Shown: positions 11,500-24,275, counted from the first letter of the stretch. The stretch: 64,000 bases of DNA from Penicillus capitatus (GCA_965649825.1 OZ287700.1:1302001-1366000); one strand, 5' to 3'. Notes: generated by a model not told the origin, from the letters alone. A program made the numbers and translations.

Positions 11500-12783
11500 A
11501 TGGGTTCTGCCATTTCCCATTCCGCAGGTTCGTCCACGTCGACAGGGTGCACGGCGAAATGCCTCTGTAACAAACTACCAAACTTGCGCCGTCGTTGGCT
11601 GGAAAGCCTCGCTGCGATGGGCGGACAGTCTAGCGCTATCGTCACGGAAGCAAGACGGATGGATCTAGATGGCATCAGCAACGACGCTCGCACCGTCGCT
11701 CGGCAACTGAACCAAACATATCTACGCTGGGAGGAGTCGAATGTTTATCCTTCGGTCTTCGATTTCGTGGCGATGCAGACGCGTCTGCGATCTTTGACGT
11801 TAAGAAACATCGAAAACGACGCGCAGGTCGGTATCATCCTAAAAACGATTCCATATCTCGACACTCCGGCGACGGACGACTACGACCAATTGGTGACTGG
11901 TGGTCCACATGTCTTGCTGGCATCGTTTCGCCTTAGACGCGTGGTGCTCGGGATCGGGACAATCGATCGCTTGATCCATAGTCTTTTCCTAGAATGCACG
12001 GCCAATGTGTCTCTGACACTTTATGGGCTGCGGCGTATGGATGATCCGCAGAAGATAAGAGCCATCAAGAATCTCGTGAGTTTGAAGTTCGTCAATTTTT
12101 TGACGATGGATTATCCACTCTGGGTAAAGTGCATGGGAAAACTACAGAGCTTGTCGTTTGACAACGGAACAGTACGGGAGACTCACGAAGACTACACCGT
12201 GTTCTTCCCGAGAAGCTTGACGCATTTTTCATCCCGCGTCTGCAAAATGGATCAACGCATCGTGGATGCTATTCTTTACAACGGATATCTGCTGCATGAA
12301 CTGGAGCTCGATCTCCCGTGCCTCACAAAGGACATTCCCATTCGTTTCTGCTCGGGTCTGCGTATTTTGAAGATATCCGCTGTAGAATGCGATGGAGATG
12401 CCCTCCGCCAACTCTCTGTTAACAAGCATCTTTGCAACATCGATTTATGTGGATGCTTGAGAATGGAAGCAAAAAATCTATCCGCCTTCCATTCGCTGAG
12501 CCAACTCCATACAATTGCGATTTCCAACAGTTCTCTTGGGCAAGGGTGTTGTCATCTTCTTACTTCGTTGCACTGTCTTCGGTCTTTAGAGTTTTATGCC
12601 ACAAGGGGAATTGATCTTACAGAACTCGCAGGCGCGAATAACATCCGGAAACTCTCTTTAGTGAAATGCATCGATCTACTGTCTAAGGAGTTGGGTGATG
12701 ATCGAATGTCTGAGGAGTTGGATGGTTTTATGGCATCGGAACTTGTCGTGCAAAAACTTGATTCGCTTGCGATCGAGTTCTAA
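11500..12783 (+). CDS. Intronless LRR protein, paralogue B (N-terminus MGSAIS)
   Basis: 427-aa ORF sharing blocks with paralogues A and C (LTLYG.R, ELELDLP, ISAVECDG, LEFY..GIDL). Confidence 0.85.
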   Translation: MGSAISHSAGSSTSTGCTAKCLCNKLPNLRRRWLESLAAMGGQSSAIVTEARRMDLDGISNDARTVARQLNQTYLRWEESNVYPSVFDFVAMQTRLRSLTLRNIENDAQVGIILKTIPYLDTPATDDYDQLVTGGPHVLLASFRLRRVVLGIGTIDRLIHSLFLECTANVSLTLYGLRRMDDPQKIRAIKNLVSLKFVNFLTMDYPLWVKCMGKLQSLSFDNGTVRETHEDYTVFFPRSLTHFSSRVCKMDQRIVDAILYNGYLLHELELDLPCLTKDIPIRFCSGLRILKISAVECDGDALRQLSVNKHLCNIDLCGCLRMEAKNLSAFHSLSQLHTIAISNSSLGQGCCHLLTSLHCLRSLEFYATRGIDLTELAGANNIRKLSLVKCIDLLSKELGDDRMSEELDGFMASELVVQKLDSLAIEF

Positions 12784-13809
12784 CTCGATCGAAAACAAAC
12801 TTATGGGAGGGGTAGAAGTATTTGTTTGTGGTTTGAACGACAGAACTGGGATGTGTGTTTTGGACGTCGGCGTGGAAGAATAATCCGCTCAAGTTCGCTA
12901 CCGATACACAATTTTAGAGCTGTCTTTCTCGAAGTCGAAAATACCTCCTCTATGTTTACCGTACGTCACAAATAGACGGACATCGTGCACCAAATCCAGT
13001 TCCATTAGCTCTTCGGTGTATGCTTCTATGACTGGTTCTATGTAGCTCTAGAACGAAGCCATGAAGTTAAATCATGTAATATATATCATTTACGACTGCC
13101 ATGGGATTTGATTTTGATACAATTGCTTTTTTGTTTTAGCATTTTTCGGTGATTCTACTAGTTTTCTCTCCTTTGATGGGTGGACGTGCGCATCCGAGAA
13201 GAATCATCCCGTTGTATCACTTTATGAACTGTGTCGTCTGTTTTGGACGTCACTTTTCTAGCGGATTGGCTTTGACAGTGCAGAGAATGTGTATCCAAGA
13301 TCAGTCAGTACATGCATGCCTAATATTCTCTCTTTGACTTTCTTCTGCCCACATGCAGTAGCAGAATCTCTGCTGTTTGCAGTTTCCCTCTATTCCAATG
13401 ATCTCTGCACTAGTTTCGCTTGGAAAGAAGCCCTTTGATCGCTAGGCAGAAGACAGACGAGTGACTGCCAACCAGCCTTGGAAGACAACAGCAATGCCGT
13501 GCCAATGGGGACACGTGAACGAAGTCTTTGCTCACATGATATGTTGTTGCATTCAGACGATCGCACACAGACAACGTTCTTATATCAGGCAATCTGAAAT
13601 TTCATTTGTTGAACTCATCGCTATCTCTGGTTTACTTAATTCCTTGGCAAGCACTACAGTTCACTCTGTCCTGTTGTTGACACATTCTGTAGAGTTTCTG
13701 TCATACATGTGTGAAATCGATCAGTATCGGGATGGAGGGATGCTCATGCCCTTCCTTCACCGATACGTTGTACGACAGAGCGACGACGAAACACCTTCTG
13801 GCAGAGACG

Positions 13810-15016
13810 ATGCGTATATCGCGTTCATCACTAGGATCCTGGCCGAAGACGTTGTTTCGCAACGCCGTCAGCACGATACGTCAGGACTACCGTTTTCTGT
13901 ACACCGTCCAGGCAAGCTGACAGAGATATCACATCCGATGAGATGTACCTTGTTTGCAACTAGGTTCGGACGACGGAAGAATCTCGGGACATAGTGACCG
14001 ACACACAGTCCTTTCTGCGCAATCCAACAAACGGGGCAGAGATATTTCTCGTGGGAACCGCGCACATCTCCAAGCGAAGTGCCAGAGAAGTCATATCTTC
14101 GGGAAGGGCACGGTGATAGAAATGGCTGGCTGGTTGTTCAGGTCCAAAATGTCATCCGGTCTGTGAAACCCGACACCATCTTTCTCGAACTCTGCGATGA
14201 ACGCGCCAAGAGACTCAAGTATATAGACCGACCTTCTATAAACAGGGTAGAATATGTGGTACCTGACAAGGGATGAAGACAAGGGCGATAAATCCATCAT
14301 CGATGAGGTGTTGAAGATGTTCTCTTCTCCACCGGGAACCTTTGGAGAGCTCTTCATGAGGAGTATGTACAAGTGAAGACGCTATCGATCGTGCTATCTC
14401 TTTTTGATGTGACGTGCGTTGTGGTTTAGATATCTAGAGGTTGTTGGTTTTAATCCGGGGGCGGAGTTCAGGGTCGCTCTAAAAGAGGCAGAAGCCCGGC
14501 AGGCAAAAGTCGTTTTGGGTGATCAACCTGTCGGCGTCACGATGCAAAAGCTTTCAGATGCGATGACATTGTCAGAAGTCTTCTCGCTAATGACGGGCAG
14601 TCTGCAAGTACGGCATCTCACTCTTGTCAAGTGTGACATTTGAGCGAGTCCTTAGCCTCCGCCCAAAGAGCTCCGAGAACTCTTCAGAAATATGAGCTCG
14701 TTGGATACGTACGTGTTGCTCTATGTGTCATCACATCTGCTCGACATGTTGTTGCAGCCTTGTGGAGGGAATAAAGAGGCGGCCATTGGTGAAGGCGATG
14801 AAGGATAACTTGGAAGAAACGAATCCAAATCTCGTCAAGGTTCATTCCCTTCTCTTTCGCTTTCTTGAAATCGCGGTTCAGATTCTGGTCCATGAGAGAG
14901 ATGCGTATATGGTGGAGAAACTCTATCAGTTAGAAGGCCGCGTCGTGGGCGTGGTTGGACTGGGACACCTGGATGGAATCGAGCGTTTGTGGGAGAGCAA
15001 ACAGGGTTCATTGTAA
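13810..15016 (+). CDS. TraB/PrgY-domain protein (TRABD-like), probable organelle-targeting N-terminus
   Basis: IFLVGTAHISK, VKPDTIFLELCDER, PGAEFRVA, VLGDQP, HERDAYM, VVGVVGLGHLDGI. First intron inferred as GC-AG (13912-13963). Confidence 0.88.
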
Positions 15017-15032
15017 CCGTGGCTGTCTACAT

Positions 15033-17398
15033 CTACATCGCCTTATGATGTGACTGTAACTTGGAATTTTCCCGCGATGTCGTTTGGACAGAGCCTTCCA
15101 AGAGTTTGCTCCAGTATGACCGGACATTCTTTCCTGCTTGAGTCGGTGAGGCAGCGATGAAAGATTCTCCGTATCCAGCCACAAAAGAGACGCGGACGAG
15201 GCCCAGTTTCCGCAACTGACGCAGTGCATCGTCAACATCAAATGTGATCTGCACTGCAAAATTGGAAAGAGAGGATGGTTGCTGTGAGGACCTTGTCTTC
15301 GAGAGTCCTCAGCATGTCTGTCAGCTTCTGTTTGATTTCATCTTTTCGCAATGCAGCTTTGCTTGAGAACAGCAGAGAATATGCCAATGCACACTACGAC
15401 CAGTATTTTCAGCAGCAGTGACACGATAGCCGCTTGCCTGTTTGAATTGCTGAAGATAAGCAGAGTGTGCCAGATATGCCAATGCTCCTTCTTGGCCGGC
15501 AATCGTGCGTCTCCTCAATAGATCGTTCAAGAAATTGTCATACCTGCGATACAGATATGAGAATCTCTGTTTTCAGCTGCTGTCATCACTGACCTATCGT
15601 ACATCTTCTTGTAGCCCATGATAACGCGGATACCATAAACGACAAGAGTCGTGATGGTGACAATGTCAAAGAGAACGGATGTGAATCGAGCATGAGCAGC
15701 CAATGCTACACAGTCGCTGTGTTTGATATCTGACCACGAATCGGTAAAGAATACTCACAGACGACCCCAACAAGTGTGATGAGATCGAGGCGCAGTCCAT
15801 CCAGTGGACGAAATTGCAACAGCTTGGCTGGCACCACCGCTTTCCAGATGGGAATCTGTACTGGCAAGAGCCATGCGGTGAAAACCGACAACGTGCGTCC
15901 TGGCTTACAGGGATTTCACTGTAGATTCGGATCTGGATGTTTTTTCGCTCCTCAATTCTCGGAGGATTTGGACCTTTGATTTTCTAAAAGCCTTTCTAAC
16001 AATCCTGGATCGTCGACAGTTGCAGAGGCACCTGTTTGAGTTGATCAATCGGCGATTCTTTGTCTTGGTATCGATAGACGACAACGAGATGCTCGAAGGT
16101 GGGCTCCTGCAATTCGACCTTTCTGAGCAGTCCTGACGGTCCATCCTTGATCACGCCACCTATACACATCATTCAGATCTGCATGGTTGGGAGTATACAT
16201 TGGTACCAATGGTGTTCGGCAGGGCGATTCTGCTGAGATAGACAGGATCTCCTCCCTCCTTTACCGGCCACACCGCATCAAAATGTTCGATTGGCAATGC
16301 ATCTAACTACAAAGTCGTTTTTCTTTCCGTCGATAACATACAGACGTATCTCACTCTTGGAATATATCCCCAATCGGCAAGGGTGACTAACGTGCCGCCT
16401 CCAAATGCCATCATCTAAACAGAGACCGCTGTTCGACAGATACACGACTGAAATCACGACTCTTGGAGAGATTCCCCATTCGTTCATAGAGACAAGGACA
16501 TCTTTGCCTGCGCGTTTGATCTTTTTCCATGATCTTCGATCAATTTGCAGCTGCCGACTCATGATCCCCTCTGCCACATAGAGAGATCCAAACTGCTCAG
16601 TTAAGCTCGGATCTGTCTCATCCTTCACTCCGATCTTTTTCAACACCAGCTTAATTGCGTTCGTTAAGAACATCCAGAGGTACAGGATTCCATCCTTCAA
16701 AGTACTGAAGGCAGACTTCACGACGAGCAGTTGCAGATAGTCCATCATTGGCAAGAACAGTCTTCTGAATTCTGTCTTCACGCCGTAGCTACACCACACA
16801 GCAGACATGAGAACTGGATGTTTCATGAACTTCTGCACATCCGGGAAGAAGACAATGATCACGGAGAAGGCGCACCTTACCCTCTCTTGAAAGTAAGCAT
16901 GGGACGAACTTCGGCTGGCAGATCATCACTCACTTCTCCCCGAACAAACCCAGCTAGAGCACACACCGTGCAGGCACTGGACTGGACAAGTCACCATTCG
17001 ACTTACCATCCATCTTGGATGTATCTGCCTTGATGAAGATCTGCGAGAGGTAGTCTGAGTTTAGACTGCGGGACAATGCCACGTCTCGGACATCCAGTTG
17101 ATCATAATGCGCACGCGCCAAGAGCTTCTTAAGACATTGAACGAACTCCCTAGATGTTGGATGATCTTCATGGAATGCCTGATGTGCGCAGACGATATGA
17201 CCAGTCGGCTTCTCTTGCTTTCTTGTTGATCTTGTGGTAACGTAGTTTCTTTTGCCTTTCCTGGAATTCTACCTCCAAGTTCTCACTTGGTTGTCTTTGT
17301 TTGCCGAACAGAGGTAACAGTCCATGGAGCATTTCTGGAAACCCATTCGAATCGCTCGCCTTTATCTCTTCCATGGACGATTCAACAATCGATTCCAT
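15033..17398 (-). CDS. DUF3754-family membrane protein, multi-exon
   Basis: SLNSDYLSQIFIKADTSKMD, hydrophobic central segments, and C-terminal FDVDDALRQLRKLGLV resemble plant DUF3754 proteins. Exon map not fully resolved. Confidence 0.6.
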
Positions 17399-17418
17399 AC
17401 TCTCCGACACCTGTATGT

Positions 17419-18210
17419 CTACAGTGCAGTATTTCTCTCACTCTTTTGCTGTGAAGGGACCTCGTCTGTATCAAGCTTGCCGATGACATGTTCCAAATCA
17501 TTCGCCTTCTGAAAAGCATTCAGCGCCTCGTCGGCATCCAGCTGACATTCAAACCTGAGCCAGTTACACTGTGTTCACAATCGAGTTGTTGCAGAGGCGT
17601 TACTGAAGGATGCACTCCATTCCTGCCAGAACAGGGCGAATGCTGTTCCAGTCGTTCTTACACATATCCTAAGCACGGCATCTTGAATCTTATGCACAAG
17701 AATACTGTCCATGGCAGAAGGACCTCGCAGAGAGTCCAGATCTGATCTTTGGGGACTGGAATGTGCGTCTGATGCTTCACTTGGATACGAGATACCGAAC
17801 TGACAGCTGTACATGGCACGAATACATCCGTCGATGTCGTTTCCACAAGGCATACGTTGTTCTTTCTCTTGCTTCTGCGCTCTTATGATGAAGACTGTAT
17901 CTGAGATGCGTTTTTGCCTCTGTCGCCCGAGGCCTTTTCGCAGACACGGCTGTCGCAGGGATAGAAGACGACGTTTCATGGAGAGTGGCCAAATCGGATG
18001 GGGTGACTGCAGCAATGAGGTTGGCCAGAACATCCGAGTGCAGCAACGCGGCATTGATGGAACTGCACCGTGAGATGATGTGACGACCGATACCACATAT
18101 AACATGCGCTACACACACGCCGTCTTCAAATGAAGGACACTCGGTAAGGTACGTCTTTACGATAAGAGCGAGAAAATGTGCAGCGCGTTGCAATATTTCT
18201 TGCTCCAAGT
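17419..18210 (-). CDS. Hypothetical multi-exon protein (5' end unresolved)
   Basis: Open exons joinable by GT-AG introns (..IWTLCE|DMCKNDW..ILQ|FECQLDADEAL..NTAL*); stop at 17419-17421. Confidence 0.45.
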
Positions 18211-18982
18211 AGTCATGTTAAAGATTGACTTGAGCACAGGGCGCGCCGAACGAAGAACGAACGAACTCTGTGTCACATCAATGCGAAATGCTTTTGCTCT
18301 TTGTCCAGACGAGATTTGACTACTGTAAGATCTTCTAGCTGCTCGTGATTGGTCGAAAATTAAACGATTGTTTTCATGTTATCAGACAGCGACGACGCCA
18401 GGGATGTGACGTGGAGAGGAACTGTTAGAACATGGAACGTCACTGTCGAATGACGTGACGTTATTCTATATACTCACGTACAGACTCACCTGTAAGAATA
18501 CCCGACCGTTTCATCTCTACTCGCGGCCTCGACGCGCGTATACCTCTCGCGGCACCCCTCGGTCCTAACAGAACATTGATGCATTCGGTCTTCGAAATGG
18601 TGTCATTCGGAATCCCTACAGCGTCCTTGGCATTCCAACTTCCGAGATCCATCGCAGATCGACTGAGAAATCGCCATCTCGAGACGAAACTAATGACGGT
18701 TCGCGCAAAAAACCATAAAGAAAACCGGTATGCAGGCAAATCGTTTCTCGACAATGCAATGTTCTTTTTACGGTTACCGCATCCCGAACTGCAGAACTCA
18801 GTCGGCTATCAGACGAGAACTTTTCCACACTATCGACCAAAGCAAGGCTTCACCAAAAACGGGGACGCCTGTGCAAGTGACCGATTGTCTCACGCATCTC
18901 ACAAAAATCATGTTCGACATTTCAGACAGCCCAAGGAAAAGGCCCAAATGGTCTCACTGTGCATCAGGCCATGAACAAAGTG

Positions 18983-20338
18983 TTACTTCGATAGCGATGA
19001 GAGTATAGATGACTCTGGAGAATGGGTTCTTGCAGTTCTTGGTGGCAGACTTCTTTTTGTCTTGCTTGCTTTGATTGGATTAGGTTTCGGTATCACCGTG
19101 GAGTCTATCTTCCACTCGTTGTATGCTCGCCACCAATGCCTCTCGTCTGTAGGTCTTTACGTCACATCATTTACAGCAGTTACCGTTCGAAGATGTGTCG
19201 GATCGATGCTCTAGAGAGACTGTTGCACATCTTGGAGGTATTGTGTTTCCTTCCAGCTTATAGTTGTTTGTGATGCCCTCGATGGCGTAGCGGCCATTTG
19301 GAAGGGAAGGATCATCCAACACACAAAAGACCCATGGAAGCTCCGATACATAGTTTCCAGAACCGTCTTCAGTTCTGGAGCGATCCAGAGTGCCGGAAAC
19401 CTTCTAGTCTCCAATCCCAGACAGATCTCCACCGACTCACCTGGACAGCAGATGATTGATTGCCTGAAAGAGAAACGATGCTGACCTGCGAGGGTCTTTA
19501 ACGAACAATGGCTCAAGATCTTCACGAATGCATCCTTGGAGATGTCCAACTCGCGGACGACGTCCACAGCCTGAAGGAAATCTTGTGTGTCGTCTGGAGT
19601 CTCCGCTCGAGATGCTTCTGCCTCTTCTGCCTTCTCTTCTTCAACTTCGTCTTCTGCCTTTTCCTCTGCCTCCTCTACCTTTTCTTCAGTCTCTGACTCC
19701 TAGGGAGCCGGAACGGAGGCATCTGAAAGACTGCTCGGCTGCCAGGGCTCTAGAGAGACACAAACGGGATGTTTCTTTCGACCGACATTCTTCGAGGGAG
19801 ACCGAAGGCGGTGCGCTCCGAGAAGTTGTTCAGCTCCAGTCGGATCTCTTCTTCGTATGCGCGCTGTATAGCCACATCTTCTGCAAGCTCGTCCCGCTGC
19901 TGTTCCTCATTGTTAGCAGCCGTGTTCGGAGGCAGTTCAGATGCAGCGGCCGGTGCCAAGGGCACTGGTTCAGCAGGCGTCGTTGCCAGATCTCCTTCCT
20001 GACCCGGTTCGTCGTCGTAGATCTGATGCTCCATATATGTCGAGTAGCTCGAATCCAAGGCCGAGGCGGCATTGACAGTTTCCGAGTCCGCAGGCGAGAG
20101 CATCATTTCCGAAACCACGGGACCCAGAACAGACGACTGGATCTCGTTCTGCACGCTCTCATCTCCTAGACCCGCACAGACATTGCTGCAATGCCAAGGG
20201 ACCAAAGCGAAAACGTGTGTAGGTCTGGGCGACGGAGATCGTGTCGATCTGTCCGGGCGGGAAGTAGCACTGGTAGGCGGAGAGAAATCCCCCGTCGGAC
20301 GAAATCAACGTCAGCTGCGCAGCAATTTCCACGACCAT
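18983..20338 (-). CDS. Hypothetical acidic/low-complexity multi-exon protein
   Basis: Joinable exons: MVVEIAAQ..RFRF|GDESVQ.., an E-rich tract (EKVEEAEEKAEDEVEEE), and ..ELPWVFCVLDD..WWRAYNEW..SLSK*. Confidence 0.5.
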
Positions 20339-20498
20339 CGAACGAGCGAAGGCGTTCCAGACGAACCTGGAGAGGATAGTGCACCTCGCGTTCCTTCAGG
20401 TCTCCTTCAACGATGACGTGCAGAAGGATACCACATCGACCAGGGTTGATCACGCTTTCGACCCAGAGGTCCTGCTTCATCTGTGTGGAGAGAATCTG

Positions 20499-21532
20499 AT
20501 GCTCCGGCGTGTGGTTTCCGCCGTACTGCGAACGCCTTTCGTCCGAACGCGAATCGACGCGGCCTCGCGTCGCGGAATCGCGAGGGCGACGGCGCATGAC
20601 CGTTTGCTTTACTGGGGGTCGGGATCTGTCTACTGCTGGCGAGCGATGATCGTCTTGGAAGAAAAGGGGCTTCCGTACGAGGGCAAACTTCTCGAATTTT
20701 CAAAGAGTCGCATCCTTCTCCCCATCTCTGTCACAGACAACATGTTGTAAAATCTAGAGGAGCACAAATCACCAGAGGTCATGGCGTTGAATCCGAGAGG
20801 ACAACTTCCAACGTTTAAAGATGGAGATGTCGTGCTGAACGAATCGGGTGCCATCGTCATGTACTTGGAGAACCAGTATCCTGAAAAACCGCTTCTCCCG
20901 TCGACTCCGGTCGAAAAAGCAAAAGTCGTTGTTGCACGCACATCCCCTATCCTTCGACGGATGCTCGGCCCAGGTGTTACAGCGATGCTTCGAAGCCATC
21001 GTAACAGACATGAAGCAACGAAACTACACTTATTCTATGGTAGGGTATCGATCTGTTAACCAGCAGGAAGCATCCGAATCGTGTCACAGAGGAAGGAACT
21101 GGAGAATCAACATGCTCAGCAGCAGATCGAAGAAATCAAGGTATGGTCGACCGACTGGAACATCAGATCAGCACTGCGTGCCTCCAGGCAGAGATGGCCC
21201 TGTGGGATGCATATCTGGGTGCGCAGAGATACGCAGCAACAGACGCATTCACTCTCGCAGGTACTGCTCCTCGGCAACTGTATCTTTCTGCAAGTGCCAC
21301 GTTTCGCTAGATGCGATGTTGGCGCCGATGCTCTTGATTCTGGCAAGGTTTGGAATGTCATTCAAAGACTATCCTAACGTAAAAAAGTACTGCGAGATGA
21401 TACGGGCAAGCACGGATCTCGCTTGTTCGTCCCTGAGCTGTGTGTGTTCAGGACTATCCATCTGTGACGAAGACCTCTCCCCCACACTGGGTTGGCGCCG
21501 AACCTGCATATTCGTTCATGAATTTTCTGTAG
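20499..21532 (+). CDS. Glutathione S-transferase, rho-class-like, with Arg-rich targeting peptide
   Basis: LYWGSGSVYCWRAMIVLEEK, EHKSPEVMALNPRGQLPTF, LNESGAI, FTLADAML, ending PSVTKTSPPHW; final intron inferred as GC-AG. Confidence 0.9.
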
Positions 21533-21761
21533 TCTTGGATATTCTTTCTTCGATTTGAATGACACTCGGCAAGAGATGCCATTGGGGTGGCAGTAGTATA
21601 CAATGAAACTTCTTTGTGGTTTTCTGAGTCCTGCATGTTTAAAGCGAGTCGATCGAACACACCTCTAGCAACCTGGACTGGGATGCATAAGGGACGTCTT
21701 ATACTGATCTTCGACGCGTTCGTTATCGCGAGCTACATCGTCTACTCTGTCTGTACAGTCG

Positions 21762-21925
21762 CCACAAATGAGATGGCTAAACAGCTTAACAGGTGTCTGT
21801 ACAATTGCCACAAATGAGATGGCCTAAACAGCTTAACAGGTGTCTGTACAATTGCCACAAATGAGATGGCCTAAACAGCTTAACAGGTGTCTGTACAATT
21901 GCCATTAATGAGATGGCCTAAACAG
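21762..21925. repeat. 47-bp tandem repeat, about 3.5 copies
   Basis: CCACAAATGAGATGGCCTAAACAGCTTAACAGGTGTCTGTACAATTG starting at 21762, 21808, 21855 and 21902. Confidence 0.95.
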
Positions 21926-22139
21926 AGAATCCCTCTTTTTATTAAACAGAACGGGACAGAATGCAATCGAATCAGCACTACATCACCAAGGTTATAAAAT
22001 CTAGTTTGTTTAAGTCCAGAGTTTTTAAATGCCCAAAAGATATGCAAAAACGCCATATAATTATTCGTCCAGAGGTAATTGATAATACCGCCCAACAACT
22101 GAAATGCACGGGATCGGCTTGATAAAAGGCTGTCTGCTG

Positions 22140-22555
22140 ATGTCAGATCGAAAACTATATGCTGCTGGAGGCTGCTGGAGGCTTCATCTCAGGTAAGTCA
22201 TCCCCATCACATGCTGTTGGATGTCGGATCGAAAATGTTGTATGCTGCTGGAGGCTGCTGGAGGCTTCATTGCAGGTAAGTCATCTTCGTCATAGCTGTT
22301 GGATGTCGGATCGAAAATTATATGCTGCTGGAGGCTGCTGGAGGCTGCTGGAGGCTGCTGGAGGCTTCATTGCAGGTAAGTCATCTTCGTCATAGCTGTT
22401 GGATGTCGGATCGAATAGGTTGTATGCTGCTGGAGGCTGCTGGAGGCTTCATTGCAGGTAAGTCATCTTCGTCATAGCTGTTGGATGTCGGATCGAAAAT
22501 TATATGCTGCTGGAGGCTGCTGGAGGCTGCTGGAGGCTGCTGGAGGCTTCGTCAT
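22140..22555. repeat. 80-100 bp minisatellite with internal (GCTGCTGGAG)n, 5 units
   Basis: Units begin GATGTC(A/G)GATCGAA at about 22140, 22220, 22302, 22402 and 22484; decamer copy numbers are 2,2,4,2,4. Confidence 0.93.
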
Positions 22556-22862
22556 TAGATATTGGACGCTCGATCGCAGGTCCTGGTCTTCATCGCACGC
22601 TCTCGGATGTTCGATCTGATAGGTGGTCGTCTTCATCAAAGCCCTCGGATGTCCGATCGAATGGTTGATCGTCTTCATCGATGTCCTGGTCTTCTTCGCA
22701 AGCTCTCGGATCTCATATTTGATAGGCAGTGGTCTTCATAGCAAGCTTTCAGATCTCGTATTTGATAGGCAGTGGTCTTCATCGCACGCTCTCGGATGTT
22801 CGATCTGATAGGTAGTCGTCTTCATCATAGCCCTCGGATGTCCGATCAGAGGCTGCCAATGT

Positions 22863-23440
22863 TTCATCGTCGGTCGTCGTCTTCATCGATGGGCTGTCCG
22901 ATTCCGGATCATAGATCAGAGGCTGCCAGTTGCTTCATCGTCGGTCGTCGTCTTCATCGATGGGCTGTCCGATTCCGGATCATAGATCAGAGGCTGCCAG
23001 TTGCTTCATCGTCGGTCGTCGTCTTCATCGATGGGCTGTCCGATTCCGGATCATAGATCAGAGGCTGCCAGTTGCTTCATCGTCGGTCGTCGTCTTCATC
23101 GATGGGCTGTCCGATTCCGGATCATAGATCAGAGGCTGCCAGTTGCTTCATCGTCGGTCGTCGTCTTCATCGATGGGCTGTCCGATTCCGGATCATAGAT
23201 CAGAGGCTGCCAGTTGCTTCATCGTCGGTCGTCGTCTTCATCGATGGGCTGTCCGATTCCGGATCATAGATCAGAGGCTGCCAGTTGCTTCATCGTCGGT
23301 CGTCGTCTTCATCGATGGGCTGTCGAGTTTCGGATCGTAGGATGTCTGCTGCCAGATGCTTCATCGTCGGTCGTCGTCTTCATCGATGGGCTGTCGAGTT
23401 TCGGATCGTAGGATGTCTGCTGCCAGATGCTTCATCGTAG
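22863..23440. repeat. 71-bp tandem satellite, about 8 copies, preceded by degenerate related units (22560-22860)
   Basis: TTCATCGTCGGTCGTCGTCTTCATCGATGGGCTG.. starts every 71 bp from 22863 to 23431; the last two units are a variant. Confidence 0.97.
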
Positions 23441-24063
23441 GTTGTCGGATGTCGGCTTCGTCACGTGTCGTCTCTTGTCAATACAGCTGATCATGAGAGA
23501 ATATACAGTAATTCTCTTCAACGACGCCCTTTTGGCCAGCATAATGAGATTGCTTCCTCGGCACATTTCTCCAGGTCTCTCAGAGCTTCACAGAATTCAC
23601 TGGCTGATGAACTAACACTCTGACCTTGTAAGACATCTCTTCTTGATGGGCAACACTTGTGCCAATAGACCAGCTTTTGACGCAAGTGAAACCCTTTGCA
23701 TCGGCTGTGTTGGATTATGTTGAGCAGAGATCAATCGATGAACTGATCTCTACAGGCGATGCAGTGATGCTGATCGAGGCAGTCATCTGTGTTGCCTTCT
23801 GTCCGTATCAAATCTCGGTGACCAGCTAAATCCTCTCAAACGGTAATTGATCGATCTTCCACGACAAGACTTCACACATCAATTCTCCACAGTGTCCTCC
23901 ACAAGGATCCGAATCTTCTGGCCTGTCTGGAACATCACATTCAGCTTATTTGCATTCTAAGGTTCCATACCTTTGGCATTATATATCAGGGGAAGAACAG
24001 TTGCTTCGCATTTGCGGAAGACGACTCGGGTAGGCGCGTTGCTTTAGGCTTGGATAGTTATGC

Positions 24064-24275
24064 CATGTGCAGGACTGCGCCGATCTGCATCAAGGCAGAT
24101 CGACGGCAGACTCATGCACATGGCAGTAGCTATGGCCTCTTGAGCCGCCTCCATGTGCAGGACTGCGCCGATCTGCATCGAGGCAGATCGACGGCAGACT
24201 CATGCACATGGAGTAGCTACGTACAAGGTCTGCGTCGATCTGCATCGAGGCAGATCGACGGCAGACTCATGTACA
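24064..24275. repeat. 88-bp tandem repeat (two full copies plus one partial) with an internal hairpin
   Basis: CATGTGCAGGACTGCGCCGATCTGCATC.AGGCAGATCGACGGCAGACTCATG at 24064 and 24152, partial at about 24232; GATCTGC..GCAGATC forms a stem. Confidence 0.9.

Noticed and set aside
19440-19570. F-box-like ISKDAFVKILSHCSLKTL
   Set aside because: The best splice model removes this stretch as an intron (GTGAAG..CGCAG), so the similarity is probably coincidental.
22863-23440. Regular 71-bp periodicity as a CRISPR array or repeat protein
   Set aside because: There are no unique spacers or cas genes, and 71 is not a multiple of 3; it is a plain tandem satellite.
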